Origin: Octopus sinensis | Lineage: Eukaryota | Assembly (NCBI RefSeq): GCF_006345805.1 | Contig: NC_043023.1 | Span: 4,464,001-4,528,000, forward strand | Reading direction: 5' to 3' | Length of the DNA stretch: 64,000 bases | Shown here: positions 1 to 12,928 of the stretch, one piece after another | Numbering within the stretch: position 1 is the first letter of the stretch | How the letters are laid out: each line of letters starts with the position of its first letter | The notes under the pieces: generated by a model | Told to the model about the DNA's origin: nothing | Database searches by the model: none | What the model saw: only the letters and a program-made list of their open reading frames with translations | Program-made: the position numbers and the translations under genes

Positions 1-99
1 GTCAGCTCTTCATTATTGTTATTATTATGAATAACACTACTATTACTGCTACTACTACTACCACTACTACTAAGTCTATTTATGCAAAAAAACTATAAC

Positions 100-275
100 T
101 ATGCACTCTATGGGAGCTGGGCCCACCCAGGTCATGACTCGTAGGTGTCCTCCTTCTACTTTCCAAAATCTCGTCTCCAGTATGATTTGAATTTGGGTTC
201 TTTTGTTCCCAGGTCCGTGTTTCAGTCCACCAGGCCACTCTAGCTGACGAAAGTTCCAGTTCCCTTCTTCCTTCT
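100..275 (-). mobile_element. 3'-end fragment of a related HERO-type element
   Basis: caggccactctagctgacgaaagttccagttcccttcttccttcta (~231-276) is nearly identical to ~1869-1914 at the ORF end of the long copy. A (CTA)n tract is adjacent at ~37-72. Confidence 0.6.
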
Positions 276-759
276 AACAGTTATATTTAAAAAATAGTAA
301 AAGATCAAGATGAAACATAATGTAAACAAAAACACGTGTGTCTAGCAGATATAAACAACACATTCACTAACAGAAAAAAGCCATAGAGAGTCAGACGTAT
401 ACTTATTTATATTGAAAATGAAAAAATATATTATTAGAAGCTTCTAGCTAAATAAAACTATATTTAAATTGATTCAATATTTGAACATATATGATTTATT
501 CAAAAAAAATCTCCCTCTCAAAAATTGCCCAGCTCAGGGGAGACATTCAAAAATGAATAAGAAACAAATATATGAAGGAAAAAATTATTATTAATTTATA
601 GGGAATAAATACGTATACACCTAACACAGGAATATTCATACATACAAATATACACACACACTCTCAAACATACACATATGTTTGTACTTTTTCTATTCCT
701 GAGTGTTATACTAATACATCTGTTTGTTTTGTACACCACCTGTCTTCATCTTCTGCTTT

Positions 760-1011
760 TTTCGTAAACTCATAAAAAGCACCATCCGTTCGTGGCCGTT
801 TGCCAGCTCTGTCTGGCACCAGTGCGGGTGGCACGTAAAAAGCACCCACTACACTCACGGAGTGGTTGGCGTTAGGAAGGGCATCCAGCCGTAGAAACAC
901 TGCCAGATTTGACTGGGCCTGATGAAGCCTTCTGGCTTCACAGACCCCAGTAGAACCGTCCAACCCATGCTAGCATGGAAAACGGACGCTAAACGATGAT
1001 GATGATGATGA

Positions 1012-1012
<1 letters not shown>
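760..1012 (+). mobile_element. RTE 3'-tail fragment (extremely 5'-truncated copy or RTE-derived SINE)
   Basis: Matches the 3' UTR of the 38725 RTE: gtggcacgtaaaaagcacccactacac...caacccatgctagcatggaaaacggacg...gatgatgat. Other copies at ~1195-1420 (+), 5295-5750 (-), 13213-13393 (+), 17655-17990 (-), 20865-21222 (+) and 30958-31140 (-). Confidence 0.8.
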
Positions 1013-1056
<44 letters not shown>

Positions 1057-1749
1057 TACATACACACCATCAAAACCCTTCTGATGATCTTCCTTATTCC
1101 TAAGAGGCAAACCAGGACATTCCATTTGTCTATTTTATCACTCTCAGCTGAGAGATCCTTGTCTTGTGTCCTTGTGAGTGTTGGTGCCACATAAAAAGCA
1201 CTCATCTCATGTAAAAAAAGGCACATGTGATGGTATCATGTGAAAAGCACCCAAAACACTCTGTAAAGTGGTTGGTATTAGGAAGGGTATCCAGCTGAAG
1301 GAGCCAAACCAAAATAGACTGAAGCCTGGTGTGGATCCTGGCCATTTCAGCTCCTGTCAAACTGTTCAACACATACCAGCTTGGAAAACGGGCTATAAAT
1401 GATGAAGATGATGATGATGATAGTCCCAAATGCATCAATTATCACAGGTACAGTCTTTACAGACTTCATCTTCCAGATCCTTGCAATCTGAAATTTTAAG
1501 GGGTAGTTTTTCAGCGTTTTGTCTGCTTTCTTCACAATGATTGTATCACATGAACAAGGCTATGGATTGATTTTTAGTCTTCAAGAAAATGCATTGTAGT
1601 ATTTCTTCATGTTCTGAATTCATATACTGTGGAAGTTAACTTTGCCTCTCTTCCTTTTGGAGTTAATAAAATAAAATACTAGTTATGTATTGGTCCCATA
1701 CCTTAAATTAGAAATTCTTTTTAGGGTGTTAAATTGGCAGAATCATTCA

Positions 1750-4700
1750 TTAAATCATATCTGAGTAGCAGATCTGTAGTGAGTGATTAAGCCTCTTCGT
1801 CCTGATGGGTGTGAAGGGTACCACTGGCTGAGGTGGCTGTTCAGGCCAAGGACCACAAGGCAAGCACACAGGCCACTCTAGCTGACGAAAGATCCAGTTC
1901 CCTTCTTCCTTCTATTCCTGTAAATAACCAATGGAATCCATCACCAGGTCCAACAGGTTGATGCAGCCACGAATCCTTGTGATCCAACTTCAACTGGTTT
2001 CACAGAACAATGGTAACCCTCACTCCTCAGCTGCTTTGCCAGCTCACCATATTTGCTTATCTCAAAAATGTGCTGCTCTTCTGTGCAGTTCTCATATGAC
2101 AATTCAGTGAGAATCACCTTGGGTAGTTCTTGCACTTCTCACTGATGTCTGCAGCAATTTCCCAAGAATCCTTGCCTCCAAGTAGGTTTCCTCCTGTTCA
2201 AATTCATATCCCTTTGTGCCAACCCACTCCTTTCCTTCTTTGGTTATGAAGGCCACTTTTGGTTGTATCCCACTGCATTTAGTTCCAGATTGAAGTGGTC
2301 AATTCTTCCAGTATTCTTGTGCTTCCATGTGTATCTGCCATCAGGAACTCAGGACATGGTCCACTGACTGGGATTTATCCTTGCACAGGGGACATATTGA
2401 CATGTCTTCCGTGCCCCATGTTAAAAAGTTGGTGCTTGAAGGAAGCTGGTCATAAGTTGCTCTTATTATGAAACTCAGCCTGAGTGGTGCCGTGTGCCAC
2501 ATGTCATTCTTTGTGAGAGACTTCTGCATTGCTGCATCCCAGGTTGTCCATTGCCCCTACTGAGATTTTCACATACCTGTTTCTTTCCTCTTCACTCCTA
2601 ACCTCCTCTATCACAAGATCCCTTTGGACTTTGCCTGCACATTGGTATTGCCCAGTCCTTGCCTTCCTGTCTGAGTAACCTCCATCATTTCTTTGGTCTT
2701 CAGATTCTTTTCAGCATCATCAATTGCACCCGTGACTTTCCACTTCCTTCCTGTCTTTAGGCTGCACTGACCTAACCATGCCATCTTTGGAGTTTTTGAG
2801 CTTTAGTTGCGTCTTCTTTTCTCCGCCCTGTACTCTTTGACTAAAGGTTTGAGAGGCAGTCTCAGTTTTGCCTCAGTCGGACTCCATGGGTACACCAAGC
2901 CACTTTCTGGTGGACCTGTTTTTGTTTTCATTGCTTTCACTGCTGAAATTGCAATTTTGTACATTAGGAGGGGCCATAGCAACATTGGTATCAGCATATG
3001 CTGAAGACACTAGACATTGCATTTGCTGGGCAGAGGATGCTTGTTGATCTTGAGTAGACCCTCCTCTACAGTCTTGGCTGTTTCCTTCATCTTTCAAGGT
3101 CTTGTCATACCACTTTCTAAGACTTTTCACTGGCTACTCAGATACAGTGGGAATCTTTTGGTTGCCAACTTTGAAGCTAATATCTTCCTTTATTTTCCAT
3201 CTTCTTAGGGAAAGGCTCCTAGATTTCTTGGGTTTGAAAGCTATTCTGCACCAGACTATCAACTTGTCCAGTTGAGCAGATTCTGGGTTTCTGTCTCCTT
3301 TGATGCAAGAATAATAGTGTTGTCCATGCAGGCTTTCAAGGGTGGCATCTTACATCCATTGCCAAGATCTGCTGCTCTTGCTTTGCTTTCTACAACCCTG
3401 AGAAGTATGTGTCACCATCACAAATAGTATTGGTGACACTGCACAACCCATCGCAATTCCAACCTCCAATCTAGCTCAGGCAGTTGTATATCTGTCGATG
3501 CTGAACTGCATCTGAAACTCCGAGAAGTAGGAATCCAGCATTTTGTGTATTTCTATTGGTACATGATGTATCTAGAGTGCCATCTGATGAGGAACAGAGC
3601 CACATGCGTTTGCTACGTCTAACCAGACTCTATCAAGGTCAGTCTTATTCTCTCTTGTCTTCTGAATAGCTTCCTAGATCATGCTGCCATGTTCAAGGCC
3701 TCCAGCCTGGCACACCACCCTTCTGAACAGATGTGTCTACATAGCGATTATGAAGTAGATAATTGATCAGTCTGAGAGCCATTATTGAGAAGAATATCTT
3801 CCCTTCAACATTGAGTGAAATTGGTTGGAACCGGTTGATTCCTTTTGAGTCTTTGTTTTTTTGATATGTACACTCCATCTGCCTTCATCCATTGACGAGG
3901 GACCATCTTATTCTTCTAAACCAGTGCAAGCCTTTCATGCAACCATTTCAGCATATTTAGGCATTTCTTATACAAGAGATATGGTATGCCATTTGCCATT
4001 TGACTTGTTCTTTTCCTTATTGACAACTTTCCTGACTTCAGTATGTGTTGGAGACTTGTTGTTGAATTCCGCCCCAGGACGATTTGGTCACACCGGGTTT
4101 GTATTATGGTCAAATGGTTGTAGTTGTTTAGGGCTGGAATACATCTTCCTGAGGTGAACTTCAAGAGACTCTTTCTCAATATCCAGTACACCTGACTATG
4201 ATTGATCAAAGAGGCTCTTAGCATATTTGAATGGCTTACTGAATAGCTGGTCTTGCTCTTTTTACTGTTTAAGTCTTCTTTTCCTCGGGTATTCTGCTCT
4301 GCTGAGGGAGCTGTGCTTTTCTTTGAGGTCTTTCCAAATCTTCAACAGATCTTCCTTCTCAGGAAGAGATCTGCATTTGTTTCTTCAGGCACTTCTTTCT
4401 CTGTCTTATGGATTCCATCTGCCACTTATTCTTTCTGGTTGGTTGGTTGCTCTTCTCTTCTTTAACACCAAAATGCTCTCTGCAAATACTGTACATTATT
4501 TCACCAGAAGCCTAGTTGCTTGTCATACTTCAAGGCTCCCATGCTCCTTCACTGCTCATTGGAGAGAATTTGATTCTTGGCTATCTTGCTTTGTGCCTCT
4601 TGGGATTGCACTCCCACTGTAGATTCATTTTCTTGGGTGTCCTCAGCACTGTTTTGTGACCTGGTTTTGGTCTCCTAATGTCTTCTCTGCATTCGCAGTG

Positions 4701-5173
4701 TGCTACTTCTGCGTTTTGGTGGCACATTTCATTTTTGTTGGATGAATCTTCATTCCTTTTTCAGAGGCGAATTTCCAACCACAGATACATTGGAAGTCTG
4801 CTGTCTGTTGTTCTGACCTCATAGTCCTTGGTACATTCCGGGTTATTCCCTGTGTCAGTCCTGTGGATCCAGCATTCTCAGCCCCCTTTTGGCCACATTT
4901 TCTCTTGATATAGAAGAGCCAGGGGAATTTATCACAGGAGAGGGTTGGCAGGGAACGAGGAAGTGCGAGTCACTCTTTGTGTCTGATCCCTGCCTCTTGC
5001 CATCTGTTATTTTCTCTTTGGTCCGTTCCCTTGATGATGACATGCCATCACTTTGGGTGATCCTTGGTAATTGTCTCCCAGGTATTTGGGTCAATAGAGC
5101 TGCAGAGGAAGGTAATGGTGATCTGGTTTCAGAAATAGAATTGTGTGTGTGTGGAGGGGTGCTTTGCATTGCC
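1750..5173 (-). mobile_element. Full-length, decayed HERO-type (R2/NeSL-group, REL endonuclease) non-LTR retrotransposon
   Basis: Frame-broken ORF with all domains in order: N-terminal zinc finger FQCICGWKFASEKGMKIH (~4790-4735); RT FQPISLNVEGKIFFSIMA...DTSVQKGGVPG; IPMLLWPLLMYKI; FIIRATYDQLPSSTN; CCHC-like CPLCKDKSQSVDHVLS; REL region ILTELS...KYGELAKQLRSEGYHCSVKPVEVGSQGFVA. Lies in a REXO4 intron. Confidence 0.85.
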
Positions 5174-5865
5174 TAGTGCTTTAATCACTAGACCAAAGAA
5201 AAAAGCATTTTGTAGCAGTTGTTCTGGCTCTTTAAGTTTTGAGTTCAAATCCTGTCAAGGTCAACTTTACTTTTCGTCCATCTTTTCTGGAGTCATCATC
5301 ATTATCATTTGATGTCCATTTTCCATGCTGGCATGGGTTGGATGGTTTGATAGGAATTGGTAAGCCAGAGAGCTACCCCAACTATCTGTTTTGACATAGT
5401 TTCTATGGTTTGATGTCCTTCCCAATGCCAACCACTTTGCAGACTGCTGGGTGCTTTCGTGTGGCACCATTGCCAGGGCTTTTTACATGGTGCCAGCACG
5501 AGTGCTTTTTATGTGGAACCAGTATGGATGCTCTTTTATGTGGCACCAGCACAGGTGCTGACATGATATGCTCTTTATGTGGCACTGGCACAGGGTCCAT
5601 TTTATGTGACACCAGCACGAATGCTTTTTTTACGTGATGCCAGCACAGGTCCAGGTCCTTTTTACATGACAGTGGTACAGGTGCTCGTTTACATGGAGCT
5701 GACACAGATTCCTTACTACATGGCACTGGCATGGGAGCCGTCAATGAAATAAAATACCAGTCTAGTTCTGGCTTGATGTAATCAATAAACCCTTCCCCTT
5801 AAAATTGCTGTTCTTCTTCCTAAATTAGAAACAGTTGTTATTGATGTTTTTGTTTTACCTTTCAG

Positions 5866-5979
5866 AAAAGCTGATATCTGGTTTGATGATGTAGATGAGG
5901 CACTGATTGAATCTGCAGCCCTTTGTGATGAACCTATTGAGTCTGAGATGAAGCTGATGCAAGCCACTGCTTCCAGCAA
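5866..5979 (+). CDS. REXO4: REXO4 coding exon (first in window; the N-terminal exons lie upstream, outside the window or unrecognised)
   Basis: ttcag acceptor at 5861-5865 and AA|GTCAGT donor at 5980. Encodes KADIWFDDVDEALIESAALCDEPIESEMKLMQATASS, containing the IWFDDVD motif that precedes the REXO4 nuclease domain. Phase 2 joins correctly to the 7577 exon. Confidence 0.9.
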
Positions 5980-7576
5980 GTCAGTATATATAACCCCTTT
6001 TTCTTTTTCCTACTCCTTCATCCTCGCTTCCCACAACACTGCTCCCTATGTCACCCCCTTCTCCACCATCTTCGCACAACAATAAATCTGCTTCCCTCAT
6101 AATACTTTACTCACTCTCTCCTCATTTCTCAGGTGTCTTTCGACTAAGGACAAATTAAATTAAGCTGGGTGTGTGGAAGTGAAGCCTTATGGCAGGGACA
6201 TAAGAGATGACAGGTATGGGAAGGAATATAGATGTTGAACGGATGGTAGTTGAACCAAGGAAGAAAGGTTAGGCTTGACCGAATAGCGATCACGTGGATA
6301 GAGAGGAGAGAGGTAGAGGCAGAGGGATAAAAGAATTAGGGAGGGATGAGAGAAAAAGAAAAAGTGACAGAGTGAAGGGAAAGAGGTGGGAAGGTGAGAA
6401 TGAAGAGAAAGCTAGGAAATGTGAGAGAGGGAGAGTGAAAGAAGAGTGGAAAGAGCGGAGTAAATGTGAAGGGGCTGAAAGAAAGAATAAATGAGTCATA
6501 CAAAATTTTATACATATATATATATAGACACACACGCACACACACACATACACATATACATACATATGTACTTACATATAAGAGACCAAAGTGTAAGTAC
6601 ACTGCTACATGTATGTAAAAAAGAATACAAAAAATGGGACAAGAACGTGACAGGCGACAACAAAACATCCAGACAGTTGGATGATACAAAAAGGGACATG
6701 AAAAAACAAGGACAGGTCATTCAAAGTTTTCTTTCCTCAGTCGAGTTGTAGATTATCTTTGCAGTTTCAGCTGGTTATACTTGAGACTGCCCCAATCTGG
6801 GCAGCCCAAGGAAAATCTAAGCTAAGAGCAGTAGATTCCTTTGAAGAAAACAGTGAATGTATATGGAAACAAGGACGGCAAAAAAAAATGGAGAAATGGT
6901 ACACAAATACAAATGTAAACAACAGGTATCTTTCGGTATGGGAAGAAGTGGCTTTGTGCCAGGAAATGAGAGATTAGAGTGTGACAGAGGGACAGAAACA
7001 GGTGTCTTGCTGTAGAGGAGATACACGGTTACCCGAGTCAGAGGGAGCAAGAGAGAGAAGGTGGCAATTATAAGATAAAACTTATAATTTCTCTCTCTCA
7101 CACACACATTATTCAGGTTGCCTTTCATTCTACTGGGGTGAATTTAGTATCTTTCTAAAAGCACCTTTGGTGTGAATGTAATTACGATGGAGGGCTAACA
7201 CTGACTTTACCTTTCATTCTTTTGAGAGTAGTTAAAATAAAGTAGCAGTGAAATACTGGGGTAAATTTAATATTTCTATAAAACATCCTAGATGTGAATA
7301 GTAATATAATAGAAAACTAAAACTAACTTTACCTTTCATCCTTTGATGAAATAAAGTAACAATGAAATTCTGGGGTAGAATTAATATTCCTATAAAACAT
7401 CCTGTATGTAAATAGAATTATAGTAGAAGTCTTAAGACTAACTTTATCTTTCGTTACTCTTGGGTAAGTAGCAGTGAAGCACTGGCATTGACATAATCAA
7501 TTGTTTCCTTCTCACAGAATTTTGGTCATATTCATGCATTAGAAATAATTCTTAATACAATTATTATTGTTTCCAG

Positions 7577-7770
7577 GGTGACAACATGTGTGGCAGTTGA
7601 CTGTGAAATGGTTGGCACTGGTGAATCAGGTAATGATGATATGCTGGCTCGAGTATCTGTGGTCAACCAGTATGGACATTGTCTTTATGATAAATATGTG
7701 AAACCTATGGCAGAGATTACAGATTATCGAACACGTTTTAGTGGAATCACACCCAATTTACTCAAGGATG
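7577..7770 (+). CDS. REXO4: REXO4 coding exon, ExoI motif
   Basis: ttccag acceptor and G|GTGAGT donor at 7771. Encodes [64 protein letters not shown] (DCEMVG and TDYRTxxSGI are REX4-family motifs). Confidence 0.96.
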
Positions 7771-9157
7771 GTGAGTTTACACACTTTTTTGTTTGTTGGG
7801 GTGGTGGTGTTAGTGTTACAGCAGTCATGTGTGTGTGTGTGTGTGTGTTCCCCACCACATGACAGCCAATGGTGGTGTGTTTACATGCACCTTAACTTCA
7901 CAGTTCAGCAAAAGAGACCAATAGACTTTAAAAATTAAGTTCATTTGGCCAAAATTCTTCAAGGTGGTGCCCCAGCTTGGTCACAGTCTGAAACAAGTAA
8001 ATGAGAAAAGAATACATATATATATGTGTGGTGAGAACTTTGCGTCCCAACCACATGTTCAGTCCCACTATTTGGCATCTTGGGCAAATGTATTCTGTAA
8101 TTTTGGGCTTACCAAAGCCTTGTGAGTGGATTTAGTAGACTGAAACTGAAAGAAGTCTGCCATATGTGTGTGTCTTTGTGTTTGTTCCCCAACCACTGCT
8201 TGACAACCAGTGTTGGTGTGTTTACATCCCCATAATTAGTGGTTTGGCAAAAGATGAAGAATAGTAAATAAATGAATAAATAAATTTATTAATCCAATTT
8301 ACATTGAATATTTTTTTTTATCGATTACAATAAATGAAGATTACAAAAAACAATTTTTTTCAGAAATTGCATTAAAAAAGTCAGATTCAGCTTGGCTGAT
8401 TTGGGCGAGTTGGTAGGAGGTCAAAAAATAAAAAAATAAAAAGTATCACCTACTAAAATCAAACAGACTACTGGATATCAACACGGGCTCCATTTCCTCT
8501 CCTTTGGCTAAGATTTTTCAAATCTCCAAAATTCTGAAAGACACAGCACTGGTTCCCTAACTAACAAATTGACTGCTCCAAATCTCAGCCTCTTGCAGAT
8601 CCCCAATTACTTCCTATAAATAAGCGACAGCATGAGAATGAGGGTCAACTACCTGACCCAACCCCAATTTCTTGAACAAACTTCAACGCAATTCAGATTT
8701 TCAAAAAAAAAAAAAAAAAAAGTACACCAAAAGTCAGATCCAGTAGCATGAAAGAATTGTATGATCAACAAAAAGTCATACTCGAGACCTGAAGACTGAA
8801 TATATACTTCAGTTACTCTCAGCTGACACTTCAATAGCAAAAATTGTTGATATTCCAGCTAAAGAATTTAATGCAAAGAATGAGATCATGACACTGTCTC
8901 ATGATAAACAGAATCAATAATGGCTACACCTGAAAATATTGACCCATTTAGCATAATAAGGTATAACGTTATAACTTTCAAACTTTTAAGGATTTACATT
9001 CTAAAACTATATATAATTTTCTTTTAACCCTTTTTAATATGTGTTCACTTAATAAAAATATTGACGAATTCTTATTTACTTAAAAAATTTATGTAAAATG
9101 GCTGAAATTCTTGTATTTTCTGAAACTTGGTTTAGTATAAACAATAGTGCAGATATA

Positions 9158-9550
9158 GGCGCAGGAGTGGCTGTGTGGTAAGTAGCTTGCTAACCAACCA
9201 CATGGTTCCGGGTTCAGTCCCACTGCGTGGCATCTTGGGCAAGTGTCTTCTGCTATAGCCCCGGGCCGACCAATGCCTTGTGAGTGGATTTGGTAGACGG
9301 AAACTGAAAGAAGCCTGTTGTATATATGTATATATATATGTGTGTGTGTGTTTGTCTGTCTGTTTGTCCCCCTAGCATTGCTTGACAACCGATGCTGGTG
9401 TGTTTACGTCCCTGTCACTTAGCGGTTCGGCAAAAGAGACCGATAGAATAAGTACTGGGCTTACAAAGAATAAGTCCCGGGGTCGATTTGCTCGACTAAA
9501 GGCGGTGCTCAGGCATGGCCACAGTCAAATGACTGAAACAAGTAAAAGAG
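9158..9550 (+). mobile_element. tRNA-derived SINE family A, full-length
   Basis: Head ggcgcaggagtggctgtgtggtaag...ggttcagtccc, central (TA)n(TG)n, tail ggcggtgctcaggcatggccacagtcaaatgactgaaac. Confidence 0.85.
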
Positions 9551-10051
9551 TATATATCTGGCTACAATAGCTTCCATATTTTTCATGATCATGTAAAAGG
9601 TGGTAGTATAAATGTGTGTGTATAATCCAAACTATGTTCTTCGTTAATAGATGACTTGTCATATTTTAATAATAATATTGAAGCATGTTCTGTTAAAATA
9701 ACAATTAATTCCTCTACATGCACTGTAACATGAGTTTATCGACTTCAAATATTCTTTCAAATATTCTGGTCTCCTGTAATCCGAACCGTGCCGTGGTTGT
9801 ATCTGGTGACTTAACATGGACATCTTAAATCCTACTAACACCAGAAATCAATTTATAAATATTTATAAACAAGTACTAGGCTTAACAAAAGAAAAAAAAG
9901 AAAGAATAACAAGGTGGCTGAAACAAGTGAAAGGCATGAAAGGTGGATATTAAATGATGATTATGGACATATTTGTTCATATAAGTCTTTGTTAATTCAT
10001 CAGAAATGATAAATTACAGGACTCAGTACAAATGTAAAGTATTCTTTAGTG

Positions 10052-10320
10052 AATGCTTGTGGCTTAGTGTTTCGAGTATTTGGCTTACAGTCGTCAGGTT
10101 GTGAGTTCAATTCCTGGTGACAGGAATTGAGTATCTTTGAGTAAGACACTTTATTTTTTGTTGCTTCAGTCAACTCTGCTGGCAGAACTGAGTTTGCCAC
10201 ATTCTATGTGACATGTTGAATCTCACTGAGACAAACTATGTTATGGGTACAAGTGTTTATGGAGTGCTTGACCACTTGCATGAGCAGGCTGTTCAGTTGA
10301 CCAGATCTACGGCAACACTA
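10052..10320 (+). mobile_element. tRNA-derived SINE family C
   Basis: Head gtggcttagtg...gagttcaattcc; body cttgagtaagacactttat...ggagtgcttgaccacttgca. Other copies at ~21735-22010 (+), 29765-30062 (-), 61130-61445 and 61445-61690 (+). Confidence 0.75.
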
Positions 10321-10499
10321 AGTTTATTTCTAGTACTTTCAGCTCTAACACGCTACTTTCGATTCAGAACAAGGCTAAACTTCCATTTTTTGACACCATT
10401 TTCATTGTTTATATACTAATCACGAGGGTAATCAAGCTTTGAAACTGAACTTACTTTTTTTTTATTTTCTACTGTGAACAAAAACAGTCACTCTTGCAT

Positions 10500-10960
10500 T
10501 AAAGAGCATGTAACCATGACTACGATTTCACTTGTCTTGATGGTTCTTCTCAAGCCTGGCATATTGCCAAAGGCCTTGGTTATTAGTCATTGCCTCTGTG
10601 AGGCCCAACATTCAAAGATCATGCTTCACTACCTCATCCCATGTCTTCCTGGGTCTACCTCTTCAATAGGTTCCCTCCACTGTTAGGGTGTGACACTTCT
10701 TTACACAGCTGTCCTCATCCATATGCATCACATGACCATACCAGTGAAGTCGTCTCTCTTGTACACCACATCTGATGCCCCTTATGCCCAACTTTTCAAG
10801 ACATTTACACTCTGTTGCACATGCACACTGACAGTGCCCATCCAGCGAATCATGCTAGCTTCATTTCTTACAAACCTACACATGTCCTAGGTGGTCACAG
10901 CCCATGTTTCACTGCTGTGTAGCTGTTTGCACACAAGGCATCATACAATCTGCCTTTCAG
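10500..10960 (-). mobile_element. RTE-clade LINE relic (same family as 38725-40130)
   Basis: Minus strand encodes RRLHWYGHVMHMDEDSCVKKC...RGRPRKTWDEVVKHD; nucleotide-similar to 39600-39960. Confidence 0.8.
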
Positions 10961-11449
10961 ATTTTCAGAATTGTTGTGTGTGATACATTTCAACTCTTTG
11001 CAATATGACAATCAGATTCAATTATGGCATCATCAACTTCAGTATGTTGTGAAAAATCTCCAGAAAAATTGTGTGAAAATCTCCAGAACAGAATTTTTAA
11101 AACCATTTCTGACTTGTGCATTCTGTTTAGCAGTCAACACTATAAACTTTACATATCCCTTTGTGAGCCTCAGCAGCTTTCCTGCCTTTATGGAAACAAT
11201 AAAGCAAAATACGGCGAAAATGTTCATTTTTGCACTCCATGTTAATGTTGTTAGTGAGCTAATAGCTGTAAACAAAATTATGTGCAGCAATATATGCTTC
11301 TAAAGTAAGCTAAAACTAACGGCTAATAAATATCAAAAGGCAAAAAATCATTGACAAAAGTCATTAAAAAAAATCGTGACTATCTATTTGCAAAAAAAGA
11401 AATGACTTTTTTGTCAACCCCCTATACACACACACACACACGCATAAAT

Positions 11450-12700
11450 AAAAAGTATAATAAGGATAGGAAAAATAGAAGTGTAGACTTTACTTTATTT
11501 CAATAAGTCTGGTTACAATAGGAAAATTGAATACCTTGCTATTTCTAGCCCTGATTATATTGATCAATTGAACCTTATTAATAATGAATATGGACTTGAT
11601 TTTGAATATTCTAAATCTAGACGGAAGGGTAAATATGGATCTGAAAATGCGCGTAAGAACAAAGAGAAATAATCCTTTAATCCCAGTTACTAATGTTCAT
11701 AAATATAAATGTAATTACATGCTAAAAGGTAATAATTTTAAGTTGGTCCTATAAGGATTTAGGTCATTCTAATGTAGTTTGGGACAAGAATAACATTATA
11801 TGGTGTATTATCCCCTTTGCTGGTTAATTAAAAAATAACTTAGTTGGGGCTGTTTATAAATTATTTTTGAAACATTTTAATAAAAAAAGTAGATACTATG
11901 AGATTTTGAATCTGAGATCTCTTCAGGTTTCCTTTTCGATTTATCAGAATTTATCTCAGATTATTTCTTCTATTAATGAGAAGAAATTATCTGTTTTTTA
12001 TCTTAATATTAGTGAGATCAATTGCTTGGATGCTAATGTTATTGATTTTTCCATTAGCCAGGGTGGTAGTGATGGTTTTCATTCAAATCTAAGTTTTAGT
12101 AATAATGAGGAGGGTAGCTATTTTTGCTTAATATTAATTCAGTTGTTGAAGGCTTGAGTAGGGCTGGAAATTCTCTTTGTGATTGTAGAAACAAAGAAAA
12201 TTGTTTATTTAGAAATTTTTGTAAATGTAAAGAAGTAGTTTATCACACTAAAATCATTTCTGAGGGTAATGATTACTTTTATATTAGTTTCTTTTGCTAA
12301 TTATAATATGAAAAGGGTTTTGAATCATTACCATTCCTTTAGGAACAGAAATAGGGCTTTTTCTACCAGTCTCAGTGATTTCATCTGGAATCTTAAAGAT
12401 CATGATAAAATGTTCTTTATTGAATGAGACATTTTAGGGACAGCTCCAGCCTATAGGATTGGTAATAAGTTCTGTCCTCTTTGTTCTGAAGAATTTGTTT
12501 TGATTTTATTTTCTAGAAGAAAACTTAAATTCAAAATGGGAAAGAGGATTTTTTTTGTGTTATAGGAATAAATGTGTGATTAAAAATTTTAAATAAGTAG
12601 GTCTTTTAAGGATGTTTTATTTAATTTGATTAACTTATAATTTCACCCTTTGTATTTACTATTTAAGTAGGTTCTTCTCTCATTTCATTATTTACATTTG
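11450..12700 (+). mobile_element. Penelope-like element relic (3' part of the ORF including the GIY-YIG region)
   Basis: Broken frames read LKHFNKKSRYYEILNLRSLQVSFSIYQNLSQIISSINEKKL, CDCRNKENC...CKEVVY, STSLSDFIWNLKD and FCPLCSEE, in the PLE C-terminal order. Confidence 0.75.
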
Positions 12701-12732
12701 ATGGATATTTGTCCTCATCTTGTTTGTTGTTA

Positions 12733-12776
12733 ACACAACATTTCAGCTGATATACCCTCCAGCCATCATCAGGTGT
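12733..12776 (-). ncRNA. Minimal type I hammerhead ribozyme motif (partly degenerate)
   Basis: Minus strand: acac-CTGATGA-tggctgg-agggtata-tcagct-GAAA-tgtt-gtgt. Stem I acac/gtgt and the core are intact. Stem III aatgtt is one transition from the palindrome aacgtt. Confidence 0.6.
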
Positions 12777-12857
12777 CTTGGGGAAATTTCAAACATGGGT
12801 TCTCATCCCTAAGGTATTTTTCGATGTTATTATTATTATTATCATCATTATTATTCA

Positions 12858-12928
12858 GTTCACTGCCTGGAATCAAACTTGGAATCTTGGGGTTAGTAGC
12901 CCGACTCTTAACCACTACGCCATATGCC
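12858..12928 (-). mobile_element. tRNA-derived Pol III head (SINE head or tRNA pseudogene)
   Basis: ggcatatggcgtagtggttaagagtcgggctactaaccccaagattccaagtttgattccaggcagtgaac: A box tggcgtagtgg, anticodon-like arm ggg-ctactaa-ccc, degenerate B box gtttgattcc. Confidence 0.65.

Noticed and set aside
8330-8840. Possible Tx1/L1-like LINE 3' end on the minus strand
   Set aside because: Only a vague resemblance; no diagnostic motif could be read with confidence.
9158-9235. SINE heads as functional tRNA genes
   Set aside because: No complete cloverleaf, and each continues into a repetitive SINE body.
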